Virus record (IMG/VR): IMGVR_UViG_3300045988_160728
Span: 69,584 to 101,583 of that record
DNA from: a virus
Strand: one strand, 5' to 3'
DNA length: 32,000 bases
A program made the position numbers and the translations under genes. Shown one piece after another: positions 1 through 9,117 of this stretch (the first letter of the stretch is position 1; each line of letters opens with the position of its first letter). Under the pieces are notes generated by a model. The model saw only the letters and a list, made by a program, of their open reading frames with translations, ran no database searches and had not been told where the DNA came from.

Positions 1-77
1 AATCTCATCATGCTCCAATGTACGATGCTCAAAAGAATTCGTACATCCTATGTGTAAATCTGCAATATATCTATACA

Positions 78-371
78 TTACTTTTCTCCATTAATTCTTT
101 GCAGACATGTATTAAAACCTGCTGTCCAACCACGATCGAAACTACAAAGATCTTCATCTCCGTTTTCTTCTTTTGGTAGTTCCTTTAATGGACACCATTC
201 TGGTTTATTGTTACAATACCCATTTTCACAGATAATTTCTTTACATAAACTTTTATCTTCCTCGTCTGCTGTCACAGAACAGCAAGCTTCAATTCCTTCA
301 TCTAATTCGAAACAAAACATACAGTCTAAACATGTTTTAGGTGTATCCATTATTAATACTGATTTATCCAT
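78..371 (-). CDS. hypothetical Cys-rich small protein
   Basis: ORF of 97 aa with CxxC-type clusters (TCLDCMFC...CCSV...CEN); in the coherent minus-strand gene array. Confidence 0.6.
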   Translation of the reverse strand: MDKSVLIMDTPKTCLDCMFCFELDEGIEACCSVTADEEDKSLCKEIICENGYCNNKPEWCPLKELPKEENGDEDLCSFDRGWTAGFNTCLQRINGEK

Positions 372-384
372 ATTATGTTCTCCC

Positions 385-1014
385 TCAATTCAATAATTCT
401 TTGTCAATAATCTGAAAGTTAGCTCTATGAATATAAAGTGCTTTTCCGTCAATCATTAATTTTGTCGTTTTCGGCAGATCTTCGCATACCTCATAATACA
501 CACTATCGCCAGAATAAGCACAGATTGGATCACCAAGCTGAGACTGGATGACGACTACACGAGCCTTACCAAAATAATTCTTAAATCTATTGACAACGCT
601 TGCAATAATAACATTCTCTCCAAGACTACCATCAGTTTTACTATTAATTACTTCTGGACTTTGAAAATCCACATCAGGATTTAGTCCTTTTTCTGCAAAG
701 ATCATTGTAGTACCGCAGTTTTCCACTTCCTTGCCATCAATTGTGACCGTAACTACGCTGGACAATTTTTTCGTATAACCCCAACTGCCATCTGAATACG
801 TTTCTTCTTCTACAATATTGGAATCCAGGTCAATTTTCTGTCCACTCATATCCATGAACTTTTCACCTTCATTCGTATAAAATGAAGCATTATATGTATT
901 ACCCGTAATAGACCCATTGAGATCGTTTACTTCGCTATTCAACCCTTCATATCCAGTAAGACATGATACCGTAAGTGCTGCCATTAGAATTCCTGCTACT
1001 AATTTTTTCTTCAT
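385..1014 (-). CDS. hypothetical secreted protein or lipoprotein
   Basis: 209 aa; N-terminal signal-like MKKKLVAGILMAALTVSC; no family recognised. Confidence 0.6.
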   Translation of the reverse strand: MKKKLVAGILMAALTVSCLTGYEGLNSEVNDLNGSITGNTYNASFYTNEGEKFMDMSGQKIDLDSNIVEEETYSDGSWGYTKKLSSVVTVTIDGKEVENCGTTMIFAEKGLNPDVDFQSPEVINSKTDGSLGENVIIASVVNRFKNYFGKARVVVIQSQLGDPICAYSGDSVYYEVCEDLPKTTKLMIDGKALYIHRANFQIIDKELLN

Positions 1015-1054
1015 ATGTATTTTCTCCTTTATTTTTTATAAATGTCACCCGTAG

Positions 1055-1241
1055 CTATGACACCACGGATGACAAAATATTATTCTCCAATACTTACGAT
1101 AGGAGTATTACTTCCCTGTACCTGCGGAACATCGCCGCTCCACTTTTCAATCTTCTGCTTTTCGATAAGCTCTGGAGTAAGAGATTCTGCAATCTTTTTA
1201 TTCGCTTCGTCTCTCCTTCGTTCTTTTGTTCTGTCGTTCCG
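1055..1241 (-). pseudogene. C-terminal remnant of an SPFH/prohibitin-like protein
   Basis: Manual translation RNDRTKERRRDEANKKIAESLTPELIEKQKIEKWSGDVPQVQGSNTPIVSIGEYILSSVVS*, resembling the C-terminus of SPFH-domain proteins; frame is closed by tandem stops immediately upstream. Confidence 0.4.
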
Positions 1242-1407
1242 TTACTACTTTTTCCATGGTAAAAGCGTGTACATTCTAAAGTACCGTTTTCTGAAAACTG
1301 GTAAAAAAGAGTACATCAGCTGCACCCGTTTTAACAGTATAAGTAGTAAATAATATATAAGTAGTAGATAATATATTTCACTCTTACGAGTGAAGGATTT
1401 TTATCTT

Positions 1408-1686
1408 TTACTCTTTATTCTTTTTAATCCATTCGTTAAAACTTAAATCATACATATTATTCATCCTGTATCCATTCTTGAGATAATCCAATAAATCTTC
1501 AATGAATTGTGCTATTCCTCCAAGAGTACTAACCTTGTATTTATAGTTTCCTACACAGAATCCAATATATTCTAATGCTTTGTTGTACCCATATTTTCTC
1601 TGGTTATAAATTAGTTCGTGATATTCGTCTTCTGTAAAAGTATAAGTCTTGATTGTTTGAGTAACTTTTTCTTCTTTGATTTCCAC
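1408..1686 (-). CDS. hypothetical protein
   Basis: 92 aa ORF in the array. Confidence 0.6.
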   Translation of the reverse strand: MEIKEEKVTQTIKTYTFTEDEYHELIYNQRKYGYNKALEYIGFCVGNYKYKVSTLGGIAQFIEDLLDYLKNGYRMNNMYDLSFNEWIKKNKE

Positions 1687-1704
1687 GCTGTATCCTTCCT
1701 CAAA

Positions 1705-2634
1705 TTAATACGCATAGTCATAAGATAAATAGTATCCTTGATCAGATAGCTTTTTAAACCATTCAATGCGAAATCTCATATTAACCTTATCTATCTCGCT
1801 TCCATCTAAAATTCTCTGGCAAATCTCAGTCATTTCTTTTGGATCAATCAAATGTAAGTCCTGATCTTCTGATTCGAGCCATTCTCCTTGTATAGCAGGT
1901 ATTCTCTTTCCACTATATTTTTCGATCAAATCTTGTACCAAGCCAATATTATATCCAGAATGTGATGTGCTGCCTCCACCAATATATTCGATGTCTGAAT
2001 CATCATAGTCAAACATCGTGGTTCCTTTATGGATATGTATTTTATATGATTTGAACCAATTAAATCCTGTTGACATATCATTCTCCTTATTTACGTTTAC
2101 ACGACAAACCAGGCTACTATTAGATGAGTCTTTCTCTAATACTTCTTTAGGACAATACACAATCTGTTTACCAGCCTTTTGCGCTTTGCGAATCGTAGAC
2201 CATACACCACCAGATTTTTTACCATCCCAAATTGCCAACAATACATCACAGTGGTCAACCATATATTGATCTCTTGCATTGTCGCAACCTTTGTAAAATT
2301 CATCGGATAATTCAATCCATTCGTCTGCATATTTTTTCATGTCATCATATAATGCATGTGACGAATTATAATCTTTACATGGTAGAACACAATGCAATCG
2401 CAACGGAATGATTTCGTACACCTTTACTAACATAGCTACTGTTCCAAATGCAAAATCGCTTCCTGAAGCCATACCACAATAGATATCTAAATTCTCTCTC
2501 TCCAAATAACAAACTTCATTCATTTTAAAGAGCTGTTTTACAATCCATTCTTCAATCTTTTCCCAAGCATCATCCGCTTCGTTTTCTGGGAGTCCAAGTC
2601 TTTTAGGTCTATGTCCTGTTAATATTACTCTCAT
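1705..2634 (-). CDS. SLOG-superfamily protein (YspA/DUF1273-like nucleotide-binding fold)
   Basis: MRVILTGHRPKRLG..., IYCGMASGSDFAFG..., DHCDVLLAIWDGKKSGGVWSTIRKAQKAGKQI: Rossmann-like SLOG hallmarks. Confidence 0.65.
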   Translation of the reverse strand: MRVILTGHRPKRLGLPENEADDAWEKIEEWIVKQLFKMNEVCYLERENLDIYCGMASGSDFAFGTVAMLVKVYEIIPLRLHCVLPCKDYNSSHALYDDMKKYADEWIELSDEFYKGCDNARDQYMVDHCDVLLAIWDGKKSGGVWSTIRKAQKAGKQIVYCPKEVLEKDSSNSSLVCRVNVNKENDMSTGFNWFKSYKIHIHKGTTMFDYDDSDIEYIGGGSTSHSGYNIGLVQDLIEKYSGKRIPAIQGEWLESEDQDLHLIDPKEMTEICQRILDGSEIDKVNMRFRIEWFKKLSDQGYYLSYDYAY

Positions 2635-3272
2635 ACTGTTTCTCCAATTTTTCTATATTCTGTATATACTTTATTTTCACAATAATAAAGATTGTAGTCG
2701 TTCTGTTCAATATACCACCATAATTTCTGATGTCCCGATCTCAGATAATTTCTGCAGTAATCTGTCTCCTGATAATGATTATCTACCATCTGGCGAAAGC
2801 TTAACTCGTCAATATTATCTGAATTATAACAGTAAACAGCAATTTTATTGATTAGATCTTCTGTAAAATCTTTCGTTACTACGAAGACAACTCTAATAAT
2901 TTCATTGCCGATTCTTTTGATGGAATGGAGCTGTTTGAGACTATGCAGATGATACACTACTCTGTCGAAGTGATCATATGGAACATTGCTTAAATTAGGA
3001 ATACTTGTATGTAATTCGATTTTTACCCTTAGTGCGTTAACAATATCAAAAAATTTGTTATACCAATCTTTATGGTTTTCATAATCCCAAATTGGATCTC
3101 CTCCACCCGACAAAGAAACCCAATTGCAATTATTCCTCTTAATCTCATCTGCTAAGGAATCAATCCCTTCCAATGTACTTTTAGGAATCTGCAGATTATT
3201 ATTCTTGACAATACAATATGGACACGCATAGTGGCAGCCAAAGTTTGTAATCACACTCAAATATTTATCCAT
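2631..3272 (-). CDS. radical SAM domain protein
   Basis: CHYACPYC (CxxxCxxC) and WVSLSGGGDPIW motif; overlaps the upstream gene by 4 nt. Confidence 0.8.
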   Translation of the reverse strand: MDKYLSVITNFGCHYACPYCIVKNNNLQIPKSTLEGIDSLADEIKRNNCNWVSLSGGGDPIWDYENHKDWYNKFFDIVNALRVKIELHTSIPNLSNVPYDHFDRVVYHLHSLKQLHSIKRIGNEIIRVVFVVTKDFTEDLINKIAVYCYNSDNIDELSFRQMVDNHYQETDYCRNYLRSGHQKLWWYIEQNDYNLYYCENKVYTEYRKIGETV

Positions 3273-3306
3273 CTCTGCCTCCTGTTGAAAACAACATTCT
3301 ATCGGA

Positions 3307-3783
3307 TTATTTTCGATCTTCCAACGGAATAACCATGTCTATATTCTTTAGAATTTGCATGATGTTCCAAGGTTTTCCAGTGAATTCCTTGTCTACATCA
3401 ATAAATCTTTCTACTAAATCTCTAATTGGAACTGTTTTATTTTCGTCAAGCATTTTCTTTTCGTAATACATATCACTTTCAGTGTTTTTGTATAATCCAG
3501 TTAATGCCAAATAATCAATAATTTCTTTGTTTGTCATAGGCTCTTTATTTTCGTCGTCTTCTGTACTATTTTCATCTTCATTTATTTTTTCGATAAAATT
3601 TTGATACTTTTGAGCGATACCAAAGCATCTATTGCTTAATATGTTTGTTTCATTAAGGTGAGGCTTATATCCATTCTGCTCAAGATCCATAAGGATTTTA
3701 TTCTGATTTCGTAATACTCTGCTCAATGATTCAAACAATGTTTGTATTTCGTATTCTTCTAAATTTTCCATGCTTGTACTCAT
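3307..3783 (-). CDS. hypothetical protein
   Basis: 158 aa ORF. Confidence 0.65.
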   Translation of the reverse strand: MSTSMENLEEYEIQTLFESLSRVLRNQNKILMDLEQNGYKPHLNETNILSNRCFGIAQKYQNFIEKINEDENSTEDDENKEPMTNKEIIDYLALTGLYKNTESDMYYEKKMLDENKTVPIRDLVERFIDVDKEFTGKPWNIMQILKNIDMVIPLEDRK

Positions 3784-3785
3784 AT

Positions 3786-3989
3786 TTATGCTCCTGTATT
3801 TGCAATCAATACGACCTGTTCTTGATCTAAATTTATTTTCTGCACCACAACGTCCGTAGCTTTTCGAAAATCATCAGAACTCCATCTTGCTTTTCTTTCT
3901 GCATGTTTTTCGTCTTCTGCTATAACTACCATGGCATAATCTTGACACCATTCAGTTTGTTTAATTTTCACCAAATACACATTCATCAT
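3786..3989 (-). CDS. hypothetical protein, paralogous to the truncated ORF at 5505-5642
   Basis: 67 aa; MNVYLVKIKQTEWCQDYAMVVIAEDEKHAERK. Confidence 0.65.
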   Translation of the reverse strand: MMNVYLVKIKQTEWCQDYAMVVIAEDEKHAERKARWSSDDFRKATDVVVQKINLDQEQVVLIANTGA

Positions 3990-4199
3990 TTATCTTACTA
4001 TGTCCTCACTATTCATTGGTTTATTGTCTTCTTCAATCCTTTTATACAGTTCTCTTTCCAGATTTACAATACCTTTGACATAACCAGCAATCTCATCATT
4101 TGATGATTCATCCGTAATATCAGATACTTTTCTCCTGATCTGTCGAAATGCTTCCAGCTGTAATTCTTCTACTGTCATATACATTAGTCCCTCTTTCAT
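3990..4199 (-). CDS. hypothetical protein
   Basis: 69 aa ORF abutting neighbours. Confidence 0.6.
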   Translation of the reverse strand: MKEGLMYMTVEELQLEAFRQIRRKVSDITDESSNDEIAGYVKGIVNLERELYKRIEEDNKPMNSEDIVR

Positions 4200-4200
4200 A

Positions 4201-4593
4201 TTAAGTTGGCATATTTATTTCTTTTGTATTTTCTTTAAAACAATATGCTTCGGCTTCTTCTCGTGTTTTGAAAAGATTCTTTTTTGAACGATTACGAACT
4301 GGAAGATCGTATCTATTTTCTCCCAGTGCATGAACTCTATATTTGATCTTATCCGAACCATCACTGTAAAATGCTACGTCAATTCTATCGACAACAGCTT
4401 TACATACATCAAGAACTGACTGTTTTTGATTAACTATATTACCAGTAGCATTGCAATTTCTGCATTGAATTTCATATCCATTATAGGTAAAATGTCCTTT
4501 ACCTTCACATACAGGACATATGTACTGCGTTTTCTTTTTATACGTTGTCCAACATTCTTCTCCAATTTCAAAGCCATTATTTATTGTACGCAT
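4201..4593 (-). CDS. DnaJ-like zinc-finger small protein
   Basis: CPVCEGKGHFTYNGYEIQCRNCNATG; start placed at internal Met after AGGAGA ribosome-binding site (ORF track extends to 4629). Confidence 0.65.
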   Translation of the reverse strand: MRTINNGFEIGEECWTTYKKKTQYICPVCEGKGHFTYNGYEIQCRNCNATGNIVNQKQSVLDVCKAVVDRIDVAFYSDGSDKIKYRVHALGENRYDLPVRNRSKKNLFKTREEAEAYCFKENTKEINMPT

Positions 4594-4607
4594 GATCGTT
4601 CTCCTTT

Positions 4608-4892
4608 TTATGCTACTTTGTTGACCCATTCTTTGAATCTTCGGAAATCCTCTTTACTCATACAGATATCTGCATAATAAAAATCTTTATTACGGATAAC
4701 AGCCAAAATTTTTCTCAGCTTTGTCGAAAATGTATGACCTTGTTCTTTGTAAAAATTACCATTGGTAAATACCATAAAAGCATAGTCATCAGTTTCAGTA
4801 TCATGATCTAATTTAATATGAACTCCTTCATCACAACCACAACTGCAATTTACAACCAGTTCATCTTCTTCAAAATTTGTTAATACTGCCAT
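4608..4892 (-). CDS. hypothetical protein
   Basis: Start at MAVLTNFEEDELVVNCSCGCDEG with AGGAGAAC upstream (ORF track extends to 4940). Confidence 0.6.
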   Translation of the reverse strand: MAVLTNFEEDELVVNCSCGCDEGVHIKLDHDTETDDYAFMVFTNGNFYKEQGHTFSTKLRKILAVIRNKDFYYADICMSKEDFRRFKEWVNKVA

Positions 4893-4906
4893 AATCTTGT
4901 TCTCCT

Positions 4907-5086
4907 TTAATTTGATTGATATTTTTTCTCCATACCACATTTCTTACAACGGTATGTTTTTTCATGATATCTTGGCATTGATTCTAGCCTTCCCCAAAAA
5001 TCATAACCATAAATATTGGTATCGAATATTAATTCCCATTCATGCTTACAAAAACAGGATCGAATATAATTGATTAACCGTCGCAT
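4907..5086 (-). CDS. small Zn-ribbon-like protein (below track cutoff)
   Basis: Manual translation MRRLINYIRSCFCKHEWELIFDTNIYGYDFWGRLESMPRYHEKTYRCKKCGMEKKYQSN*. Confidence 0.6.
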   Translation of the reverse strand: MRRLINYIRSCFCKHEWELIFDTNIYGYDFWGRLESMPRYHEKTYRCKKCGMEKKYQSN

Positions 5087-5090
5087 TTTA

Positions 5091-5306
5091 TTATTCTCCT
5101 AATGTTTTCGATATAATTTTAAAATCGTCCTCTTGCATAATGATTTCAAAAACTTTCTGTAGAACTTCTAAAGCTTCATAATTCGTATACATTAAGTCTC
5201 CTTCATCATTTAAAATCTTTGAAGGTGTCTCAGATAATTTATCTAAAAATAATTCAAGCAAATTATTTTCGAATTCTTCTGTAATATCATCTTTTGTAAA
5301 ATTCAT
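5091..5306 (-). CDS. hypothetical protein
   Basis: 71 aa ORF. Confidence 0.5.
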   Translation of the reverse strand: MNFTKDDITEEFENNLLELFLDKLSETPSKILNDEGDLMYTNYEALEVLQKVFEIIMQEDDFKIISKTLGE

Positions 5307-5560
5307 GACTCATATCCACCAATATTTTTAGGATATGGTGGAGATTCCCATTTAGCACCGCATGTATGACATTCAAATTTTTTATACTTCCAAATTGTAT
5401 TTTTCTCCCAAAATCTCAACCACGAAAATTTATTGTTATTTTTATCATGTTTTCCATACCAAGTAGTCTCCCAATCCCAGACACCTTTAGAACTATGGCT
5501 ATTATCACAACCAAACCTTTCTTTTTCTCCACAAAAACGGGAAAATGCCATATTTTTCAA
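5303..5560 (-). CDS. small Cys-containing hypothetical protein
   Basis: 85 aa, CHTCGAKWESPP motif; overlaps ORF upstream. Confidence 0.5.
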   Translation of the reverse strand: MKNMAFSRFCGEKERFGCDNSHSSKGVWDWETTWYGKHDKNNNKFSWLRFWEKNTIWKYKKFECHTCGAKWESPPYPKNIGGYES

Positions 5561-5642
5561 GAATTTTATCTTCTGCTACAACAACCATGGCGTAATCCTG
5601 ACACCAGCTTTTTCGCTTAATACTTACTAGATATACATTCAA
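5505..5642 (-). CDS. truncated paralogue of 3786-3989, TTG start
   Basis: Manual translation MNVYLVSIKRKSWCQDYAMVVVAEDKILEKYGIFPFLWRKRKVWL*; overlaps 5303-5560 in another frame. Confidence 0.4.
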   Translation of the reverse strand: MNVYLVSIKRKSWCQDYAMVVVAEDKILEKYGIFPFLWRKRKVWL

Positions 5643-6154
5643 AGTTTATATCCCCTTTCTTTACGATCAAAGATACGCTTTTGTTCACAACTTCCGTTTG
5701 GATATCTTGCAGGATTTTCTACCGTTTTCATACATCTGCAAAAATATTTACATGTATCACATTCGCAATTTTTATCGAACTTATGTTTTTTGTAATAATT
5801 ATTACCCCAATTGTTCTCGTTTAAAGGCAAACTCAATTCTTTAGAATATAAGCGATCAAATTTTTCCATAAATTCATCAACTTCTTTTCTAAATTCAGTT
5901 CTATGCGTATAATAATAATAGATATAATTGTCATCGTCCAAGATATCTGGCACCCAATGAGGGGATGACAATTTGTATTTACTTAGAACTTCAATGCCAC
6001 AATTTATTCTAGTTTTGTCATTCAGTGACATTTTTTCCCCTCTCATATACCTCTCAATTGCTTCTTCATTAACACCAACTATTTTCATGAATTGATCTAT
6101 ATCAATATTTTTGTCCCTTAAATATCCAGGCAAACTATTATACATGTCCATCAT
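5639..6154 (-). CDS. hypothetical Cys-cluster protein
   Basis: 171 aa; CECDTCKYFCRC motif. Confidence 0.65.
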   Translation of the reverse strand: MMDMYNSLPGYLRDKNIDIDQFMKIVGVNEEAIERYMRGEKMSLNDKTRINCGIEVLSKYKLSSPHWVPDILDDDNYIYYYYTHRTEFRKEVDEFMEKFDRLYSKELSLPLNENNWGNNYYKKHKFDKNCECDTCKYFCRCMKTVENPARYPNGSCEQKRIFDRKERGYKL

Positions 6155-6169
6155 AAAACCCTCCTTGTC

Positions 6170-6400
6170 TTAAACAAATGCTATAACAACTTTTCGAGCC
6201 ACAATATTTTCAAACTCTTGCGGAAACATTGATTTGCCATAGATGCTGTTTAGAAATTGATTTAATGACTTTGAATCTTTAAATTTATGACATGTTCTAA
6301 ATTCATCCATGAAATACAGCGTTCCTACAGAGTCATTTCTTGTATGCAAGAATTCTCCATCTTTATTTTGTAATACAAAATACTGTTCTCTAATTTCCAT
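6170..6400 (-). CDS. hypothetical protein
   Basis: 76 aa ORF. Confidence 0.55.
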   Translation of the reverse strand: MEIREQYFVLQNKDGEFLHTRNDSVGTLYFMDEFRTCHKFKDSKSLNQFLNSIYGKSMFPQEFENIVARKVVIAFV

Positions 6401-6420
6401 CTTCTTGCTAACCTTCGCCT

Positions 6421-7116
6421 CTATCTATATTTTCTCTTATCTTTCTTTTCTCTGGTACGAAGGATAAATTTCTTATAATCTTCATAGGATGCAAACTGAA
6501 TATATTTTCCTTCCATAACATCAAAACACTTACTCTCGTGTGCAAGTTCGTATTCATTAGAAGAAATCATAATATATAATTCGATGCCAAATTCTTTTGC
6601 GTCCTTAATAACAAGATCAAAAAAATCCTTCATCTCAATTACATTATCAATTGAATAGCCAGAGTCCATTGCATCAAGTAGAATCCAGCGTTCGTTCGAT
6701 ACGTTATTCTCTTCGTTATCATCTTTTAACGCGAGCGTCTTTGCCAACGCATTGAATCTATCTCCATTATCACCAGTTTCAACAAATTTTCTTAACTTTG
6801 ATGCAATCTTAGAAAGATTTAAAGAAATATTTTCCCCTTCAGAAGAACACAATGCTGTAGCCGTAAAAGAAAGATTTCCATAAAATATACTTTCACTAAT
6901 AGAATTATTCCCACCGTCTTTTTCATTATCATAATAAAATACTGGTATATCTTCTTTTTTAAGCTCAGATTTAATATTATGTAGAAGTGTTGTCTTGCCA
7001 GATCCGTTACAGCCAACCAGGACTGTTAATCCTTGTTGAATCTCAATCTGCTTTTTACGACATGTTGAAAATCCTGCGTCATATGGATCACGCCATGTTT
7101 TGATTATTCTGCTCAT
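6421..7116 (-). CDS. AAA/ABC-type ATPase domain protein
   Basis: Walker A GCNGSGKTT, Walker B-like RWILLDAMDSG. Confidence 0.75.
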   Translation of the reverse strand: MSRIIKTWRDPYDAGFSTCRKKQIEIQQGLTVLVGCNGSGKTTLLHNIKSELKKEDIPVFYYDNEKDGGNNSISESIFYGNLSFTATALCSSEGENISLNLSKIASKLRKFVETGDNGDRFNALAKTLALKDDNEENNVSNERWILLDAMDSGYSIDNVIEMKDFFDLVIKDAKEFGIELYIMISSNEYELAHESKCFDVMEGKYIQFASYEDYKKFILRTREKKDKRKYR

Positions 7117-7128
7117 TTACATTCCTCT

Positions 7129-7440
7129 CTATTCAAAAATACAAATTATACCATTATTATCGACACCTGCAGTCTCATCAAAATAAATATAGGGCCATGA
7201 AATCCCTGAAATAACGTCAAAATTCATATCATGTGTAGCAATTTCTTTATCACCATATTTCTCCATCGCTTTCTGTAGCAGTTCGATAAAGTCCGAAATT
7301 TTATATACATTGTCTTTATCGAATGTCAATGCTTTTGTTATATGTTTATCAAGACATTCGAAATCTTCCTCGATGATCTTATTCATCCATATCTCCTCTA
7401 CAAATTTTATTAGCATTTTCTTTGCCGTACACAACTTCAT
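7129..7440 (-). CDS. hypothetical protein
   Basis: 103 aa ORF. Confidence 0.5.
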   Translation of the reverse strand: MKLCTAKKMLIKFVEEIWMNKIIEEDFECLDKHITKALTFDKDNVYKISDFIELLQKAMEKYGDKEIATHDMNFDVISGISWPYIYFDETAGVDNNGIICIFE

Positions 7441-7657
7441 CTGCCAGTTTTCGAGAAATACGGCTAACCTGCTTTAATCCCTCTCTGATAATCGTTCCGC
7501 TTGGCTGCTGATGATCTTTGATAAATCCGATCCACTGATCTTCGTTTAGAATGTTTCTTTCACTTTCATATACTACTGCATAGCCTAGTTCCCGTTTTGC
7601 AAGGCAAAGTGTGTTGATCATGCAGTCGATATCATCTAATACATCTTTAATCGGCAT
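7379..7657 (-). CDS. hypothetical protein
   Basis: 92 aa ORF overlapping the next gene. Confidence 0.5.
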   Translation of the reverse strand: MPIKDVLDDIDCMINTLCLAKRELGYAVVYESERNILNEDQWIGFIKDHQQPSGTIIREGLKQVSRISRKLADEVVYGKENANKICRGDMDE

Positions 7658-7822
7658 TGGTTTTTGTCCTCTCTTTATGTAAATAGTTATATGTTTCTAT
7701 GTAAGATTATTCTCCTGTGATCCGTTTATAAAAAGCGTTCTACAATTTATATTCTTAATAGGTTAGAATTGATTGTAGAACGCTCATGATGGTGAATTGT
7801 TGTGGTTATTTTAGAATGCAAA

Positions 7823-8581
7823 TCAGTCTAAATATGATTTCAGACCACTTTCAAAATATGGAATTGGTCTTCTCTTGAATCTGTATTTTTCAACCCTTGC
7901 ATCGATAATAGCTTTTACTGCAGCATCATCAATTTCACCTGTTCTTGCATACCGATCGAATACAGAATATTTAAATCCAAGAGCGCTTTCATCAGAAGAT
8001 CCACATAATCCGTCTGACGGCGTTTTGTCAACCATCTTTTTCAGTAGAATCGTCTCATATCCAATAGCTTTTACTTCCTGTACTGTGAAATCCTTTAATG
8101 GTGCAAAGTCTCCTACTGCATCGCCCCAGCGAGTTTCCCAAGATAAGAGTGTTTCCGAAAGATTGCATGTATTAGCAACTCGTCCATTCATACTCTGTGA
8201 AATTGCATAAAGTGTTGCCATTCTGATTCGAGGAGGCAGATTAATTGATGTCTGTTTTGACCAATGATCACCAATTTGTGGTCTGATTTCGTGCTTTAGC
8301 GCAAGAATTGCTGGATGAATATCTACAGTACAGTATTCAATACCTAAATGTTTAGCAACTTCATAGGCATCTTCAATATCTGTCTGTTCTCCGTCTGGCA
8401 TGAGCACACCTAAAACTCTATTCTTTCCAAGAGCTTCCACACAGAGAGCCGCAACAATGCTTGAATCTTTACCCCCTGAAAGACCTACTGTGGCAATACA
8501 ATCTTTCCCATTCTGCTCAAAGAACATTTTAATCCACTCGACAATCTTATTTTTTGTTTCTTTTGCATCAAAAGTATACAT
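7823..8581 (-). CDS. nadE: NAD(+) synthetase, glutaminase-independent
   Basis: SGGKDSSI PP-loop, NLPPRIRMATLYAIS, NLSE, GDAVGDFAPLKDFTVQEV; start set at MYTFDAKETKNK with AGGAGAGGAG RBS (track start 8617). Confidence 0.9.
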   Translation of the reverse strand: MYTFDAKETKNKIVEWIKMFFEQNGKDCIATVGLSGGKDSSIVAALCVEALGKNRVLGVLMPDGEQTDIEDAYEVAKHLGIEYCTVDIHPAILALKHEIRPQIGDHWSKQTSINLPPRIRMATLYAISQSMNGRVANTCNLSETLLSWETRWGDAVGDFAPLKDFTVQEVKAIGYETILLKKMVDKTPSDGLCGSSDESALGFKYSVFDRYARTGEIDDAAVKAIIDARVEKYRFKRRPIPYFESGLKSYLD

Positions 8582-8598
8582 ATCTATTCTCCTCTCCT

Positions 8599-9117
8599 TT
8601 ACTGATTTAATTTCCACGGTTCAACATGAGTATCAAGTTCATTAAAAATCTTCTGTATCATTGAATATACTTCGTCCCAATCTGCTCCACCACGATCACA
8701 GCCGATCTTATATGGCATAGCAATTGTTGCACTAAAATTATTGTTCCTTTCATGTGCTTTCCAACACATAGTTCTAAAACACTTTTCTAATGCTTCCAGA
8801 GAAGTATATTGTTTTCCGTCATATCCATAGTTATCTTGTGCAAAGAAATTACAAATCCACTGTTCATTACTTGGAATTGCAATCGATCCACAGTCGTATC
8901 CAATATATTTTGGCTTGACTGGTACAATTTGTACTTTCCCCAGCATATCCGATGATGCTACCTTTTTATATTCTTCGTATACATGTGGAAATCGCTGTCT
9001 GACCTGCAAAGCCACGCCAGATCCCATCTTTCCCATACAATTTACCTGATGACAAATAAATTTTGCATCCGTATCAAATAAATTTCCTTCGATAATTTCA
9101 ATCATGATTTTCTCCAT
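8599..9117 (-). CDS. macro domain protein (Appr-1''-p phosphatase / ADP-ribose-binding type)
   Basis: GNLFDTDAKFICHQVNCMGKMGSGVALQVRQRFP and AMPYKIGCDRGGADWDEV. Confidence 0.85.
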   Translation of the reverse strand: MEKIMIEIIEGNLFDTDAKFICHQVNCMGKMGSGVALQVRQRFPHVYEEYKKVASSDMLGKVQIVPVKPKYIGYDCGSIAIPSNEQWICNFFAQDNYGYDGKQYTSLEALEKCFRTMCWKAHERNNNFSATIAMPYKIGCDRGGADWDEVYSMIQKIFNELDTHVEPWKLNQ

